A stretch of 64,000 bases of DNA, from the sequence record NC_031927.1; one strand, written 5' to 3'. Shown here one piece after another: positions 61,113 through 64,000 of this stretch; position 1 is the stretch's first letter, and every line of letters starts with the position of its first letter. The notes under the pieces are model-generated. The model made no database searches and had not been told where the DNA came from. It saw only the letters and a program-made list of their open reading frames with translations. Both the position numbers and the translations under genes were made by a program.

Positions 61113-61901
61113 ATGCCAACTAAAAGAAGTCGTAAGTCTGCTAACCCCATTGGGGTCGGTTTAACCGCAAAGCAGATGAGAAGGAAGAAGCCTATTGACC
61201 GGAATCTTCTAGCCAATGTTGAGGCTATTACAGAAAATCAGCAATTATTGTTTGATGAGTATGATAAAGGACAAAACATTGTAGCTTATGGATGTGCCGG
61301 TACTGGTAAAACATTTGTTACTTTATTCAAAGCATTAGAGGAAGTATTAGACGATAATAGCCCATATGAGAGAGTTTACATTGTAAGGTCACTTGTAGCC
61401 ACTAGAGAAATTGGTTTCCTACCAGGAGACCACGATGATAAATCAGCACTTTATCAGATTCCATATAAGAATATGGTTAAGTATATGTTTGATTTGGATT
61501 TAGAAACTATCAACTCTACTGGTCAAACCTCACCATTCGAGATGCTCTACGGCAACCTAATGGCTCAAGAGACTCTCAAATTCTGGTCAACTTCATTCTT
61601 AAGAGGAACAACATTAGATAAAGCAATCATCATTGTAGATGAATTCCAAAACCTAAACGCACACGAACTTGATTCTATTATGACTCGTGTTGGTGAAGAC
61701 TCCAAGATTCACTTCTGTGGAGATGCTACACAATCTGACCTAGTAAAGGCTTCAGAGCGTAGTGGTATTATGGACTTTATGTCTATCCTAGAGCGTATGC
61801 CTTCCGTAAGCAAGGTTGAGTTTGGTCTAAACGACATCGTTCGTTCTGGTCTATGTAAGGAATACTTAGTAGCCAAACACGAATCTGGCATAGAAATCTA
61901 A
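61113..61901 (+). CDS. phoH: PhoH-family ATPase
   Basis: GCAGTGKT, IGFLPG, SFLRGTT, IIVDEFQN, GDATQSD, DIVRSG. Confidence 0.96.
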   Translation: MPTKRSRKSANPIGVGLTAKQMRRKKPIDRNLLANVEAITENQQLLFDEYDKGQNIVAYGCAGTGKTFVTLFKALEEVLDDNSPYERVYIVRSLVATREIGFLPGDHDDKSALYQIPYKNMVKYMFDLDLETINSTGQTSPFEMLYGNLMAQETLKFWSTSFLRGTTLDKAIIIVDEFQNLNAHELDSIMTRVGEDSKIHFCGDATQSDLVKASERSGIMDFMSILERMPSVSKVEFGLNDIVRSGLCKEYLVAKHESGIEI

Positions 61902-61936
61902 TCCGTGCTATAATAAGGGTATCTTATTATTGATAG

Positions 61937-62617
61937 ATGCCTTTTACTCATAACCCAGTTGAGATACCAGAATTAACCAGAGAAACCATTGATGGGGTCA
62001 GGTACTATACTGCCCCTGATTCTGATGGTGAACTGATTAAGCTAGTATCAATTACTTCAGTGACTTCTCACTGGAGTAGAGAAGGCATTATGAAGTGGAG
62101 AGCACGTGTTGGTGAAGAAGAAGCCAACCGTGTATCTAAACGAGCAACGACCAGAGGTACAGATATGCACCTCTTAACTGAGCATTACTTACAGAATGAG
62201 CCGTTGCCCAAAGCGAAGGTTCCTATCTCACAAATCTTATTCAATACTGCAAAGCCAGCACTTAATAAGATTGATAATATTATTGTCCAAGAACAAGCAA
62301 TGTATAGCTTGCGTCTTGGTATTGCAGGAACACCTGACTGTATCGGTGATTATGATGGGGAACTTTCCATTATTGACTTTAAGACTTCTAAGTCTCCCAA
62401 GCCATTAAAGTGGGTTGAAGGATATTTTGTTCAAGCATCAGCATACGCTTGTATGTTGTATGAACTAACAGGTATCAAAGCCAAAAAACTTGTTATTATT
62501 ATGGCTTGCGAAGATGGTGAGCTTAAAGTTTATGAAGAAAGAGATGTATACAAGTGGGTTAAAAAACTTGATACTTACATTCGTAAATTTGTAAACGACA
62601 AACTAGAAAACCTATGA
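61937..62617 (+). CDS. PD-(D/E)XK exonuclease (T4-like core)
   Basis: SITSV, RGTDMH..E, AGTPDCIG...IIDFKTS, QASAYA. Confidence 0.9.
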   Translation: MPFTHNPVEIPELTRETIDGVRYYTAPDSDGELIKLVSITSVTSHWSREGIMKWRARVGEEEANRVSKRATTRGTDMHLLTEHYLQNEPLPKAKVPISQILFNTAKPALNKIDNIIVQEQAMYSLRLGIAGTPDCIGDYDGELSIIDFKTSKSPKPLKWVEGYFVQASAYACMLYELTGIKAKKLVIIMACEDGELKVYEERDVYKWVKKLDTYIRKFVNDKLENL

Positions 62618-62880
62618 CTACCCAAAATGAATTAGAGAAGGTCTTGGATGAAAAGTTTCTCACCCCAATCAAATTTTCATATATCATTGAAAAAATCGTT
62701 CTCAGTGAAAAACTTAATTATATTGACGCAATTATTCACTATTGCGAAAAAGAGAACATTGAGGTAGAATCAGTCTCCAAGCTTATGACAAAGCCCCTCA
62801 AAGAGAAGCTTAAAGTTGATGCAACCAACCTAAACTTTATGAAGAACCTTGGTGCGAGCAAAGCTAAACTACCACTATAA
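62614..62880 (+). CDS. gp33: gp33 late-promoter transcription co-activator
   Basis: IEKIV...NYIDAIIHYCEKENIEVESVSKL...LKEKLK.DA..LNF; synteny before gp59. Confidence 0.88.
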   Translation: MTTQNELEKVLDEKFLTPIKFSYIIEKIVLSEKLNYIDAIIHYCEKENIEVESVSKLMTKPLKEKLKVDATNLNFMKNLGASKAKLPL

Positions 62881-62915
62881 CTTACAGAATGAATAGCAGA
62901 TTACGCAGAGGAATT

Positions 62916-63506
62916 ATGTCACCGTATGATGTCTACACAACATACCTAGCAATGAAAAAGCACTTTACTGATGCTAAATTTGACTTCTTTAGATACAATG
63001 GTAAGACACGAGCCTCTGTAACTGCATTCAATAAAAGAAAAGACAAGTACTTCTTTGAACGTATGAGTCGCAAACTATCAGACGATGAAGTCAAAATGTA
63101 CTTCATCGCAAATTTTGTAGCTACTGAGAACCCATCAGCAGTTTGGGTCGGTGAAATTATGCAGAGTGGTGAGAGACACTATAAAAATCTCTCAAAAAAA
63201 TATCAAAGTATTACATACACATTCAGTCAAGAGTGCTCTACATTATTTGACGAATACACATTACCCCAACTATTTGATTCAAGTAAAGGTCACCCACCTA
63301 TAATTAAGAGGTACTTAGGAGGAGATATATCAATAGAGACTCTCACTATATTGGATATGATTTTTGGTTTCTGTGCTAAAATAGATACTAAGCTGAGTGA
63401 TCCAGTTTGGGAGACCGTCAGCTTTAAGGTAAAAAAGTACCGCCCGTTTATAAATATCGATATCACTAAATGTAAATCAATCCTAAGAGACATTATTCAT
63501 GCCTGA
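62916..63506 (+). CDS. gp59: gp59 helicase loader
   Basis: YDVYTTYLAMKKHFT...DFFRYNGK...RKDKYFFE...ISIETL. Confidence 0.92.
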   Translation: MSPYDVYTTYLAMKKHFTDAKFDFFRYNGKTRASVTAFNKRKDKYFFERMSRKLSDDEVKMYFIANFVATENPSAVWVGEIMQSGERHYKNLSKKYQSITYTFSQECSTLFDEYTLPQLFDSSKGHPPIIKRYLGGDISIETLTILDMIFGFCAKIDTKLSDPVWETVSFKVKKYRPFINIDITKCKSILRDIIHA

Positions 63507-63909
63507 AGACACTTTTTTCTCATCACAAGCAGTTCTTGATTCAATTGAAGAGATTGTAGATCTTCAAAATCAGGTATTGTTATTCTCTCAATATGCTGAG
63601 TTTGCTACTATTAATGAACAGCAAGATAATCTAGACATTCTTCGTCGTCTTATGTCTAAGCAGAAGAATATGTGCTTTAGATGTACAATGACAGACTCAC
63701 CCGATGCAAAAAAACTATTAAATGAGGTCTTATCTCACTTTGAAGATTACGGACATACGGTCGATAGAGACAATCCTATGTTGGTATTTGATGAAGTTAG
63801 TGATAATCTGGACGATATTGAGTTTGAGTTAGACTTCTTCAGTAAGTATGGTAGATATCCAGATGATGAAGAACCTGGTGGCGAAACTCCACCAACAACT
63901 ATGTTTTAA
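63499..63909 (+). CDS. Conserved cyanophage hypothetical protein (DUF1825-like)
   Basis: FFSSQAV...LMSKQK.M..R......DAK pattern; position after gp59. Confidence 0.65.
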   Translation: MPEDTFFSSQAVLDSIEEIVDLQNQVLLFSQYAEFATINEQQDNLDILRRLMSKQKNMCFRCTMTDSPDAKKLLNEVLSHFEDYGHTVDRDNPMLVFDEVSDNLDDIEFELDFFSKYGRYPDDEEPGGETPPTTMF

Positions 63910-63930
63910 TTAACAAACTGTCCACTAGGC

Positions 63931-63959
63931 TTGGCATCCTATCTATTATCTAGTATAAT
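63931..63959 (+). promoter_or_regulatory. sigma70-type promoter for the next gene beyond the window (gp32 expected by synteny)
   Basis: TTGGCA-N17-TATAAT. Confidence 0.7.
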
Positions 63960-64000
63960 AAACAAGTTCAGCCAGTTATCCAATCAATCCGAACAATCCT

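Overview
This is a 64-kb segment of a T4-like cyanophage (myovirus) genome, with all credible genes on the + strand. It starts in nrdA-nrdB and ends just after T4-core genes (thyX, phoH, exonuclease, gp33, gp59). Between them lie: (i) a cell-wall hydrolase/AMG block (C39-like peptidase, GH24 lysozyme, cpeT-like, tail-type lysozyme, peptide deformylase); (ii) a ~8-kb, 10-gene sugar-nucleotide/glycosyltransferase cluster; (iii) ~38 kb of collagen-like and beta-rich fibre genes, including a 4168-aa giant and three Peptidase_S74-chaperone fibres. Main findings: the 4168-aa protein is built from a ~95-aa domain recursively inserted into itself (33 N-halves and 33 C-halves that nest like balanced parentheses, by manual parsing). 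A U-UUU-UUU slippery site plus hairpin could fuse the peptidase to an otherwise start-less lysozyme by -1 frameshifting. A Gmd/Fcl/ColD-like/GT11 pathway sits beside Gly-X-Thr collagen fibres, suggesting virion glycosylation, possibly with colitose. Several candidate RNAs are present: a tandem glutamine-riboswitch-like element before DUF4278/IF-like peptides, a manA-like RNA, a duplicated promoter-leader/sRNA, and a small RNA complementary to a fibre gene's RBS. All family calls come from motif recognition by eye; no database searches were run.
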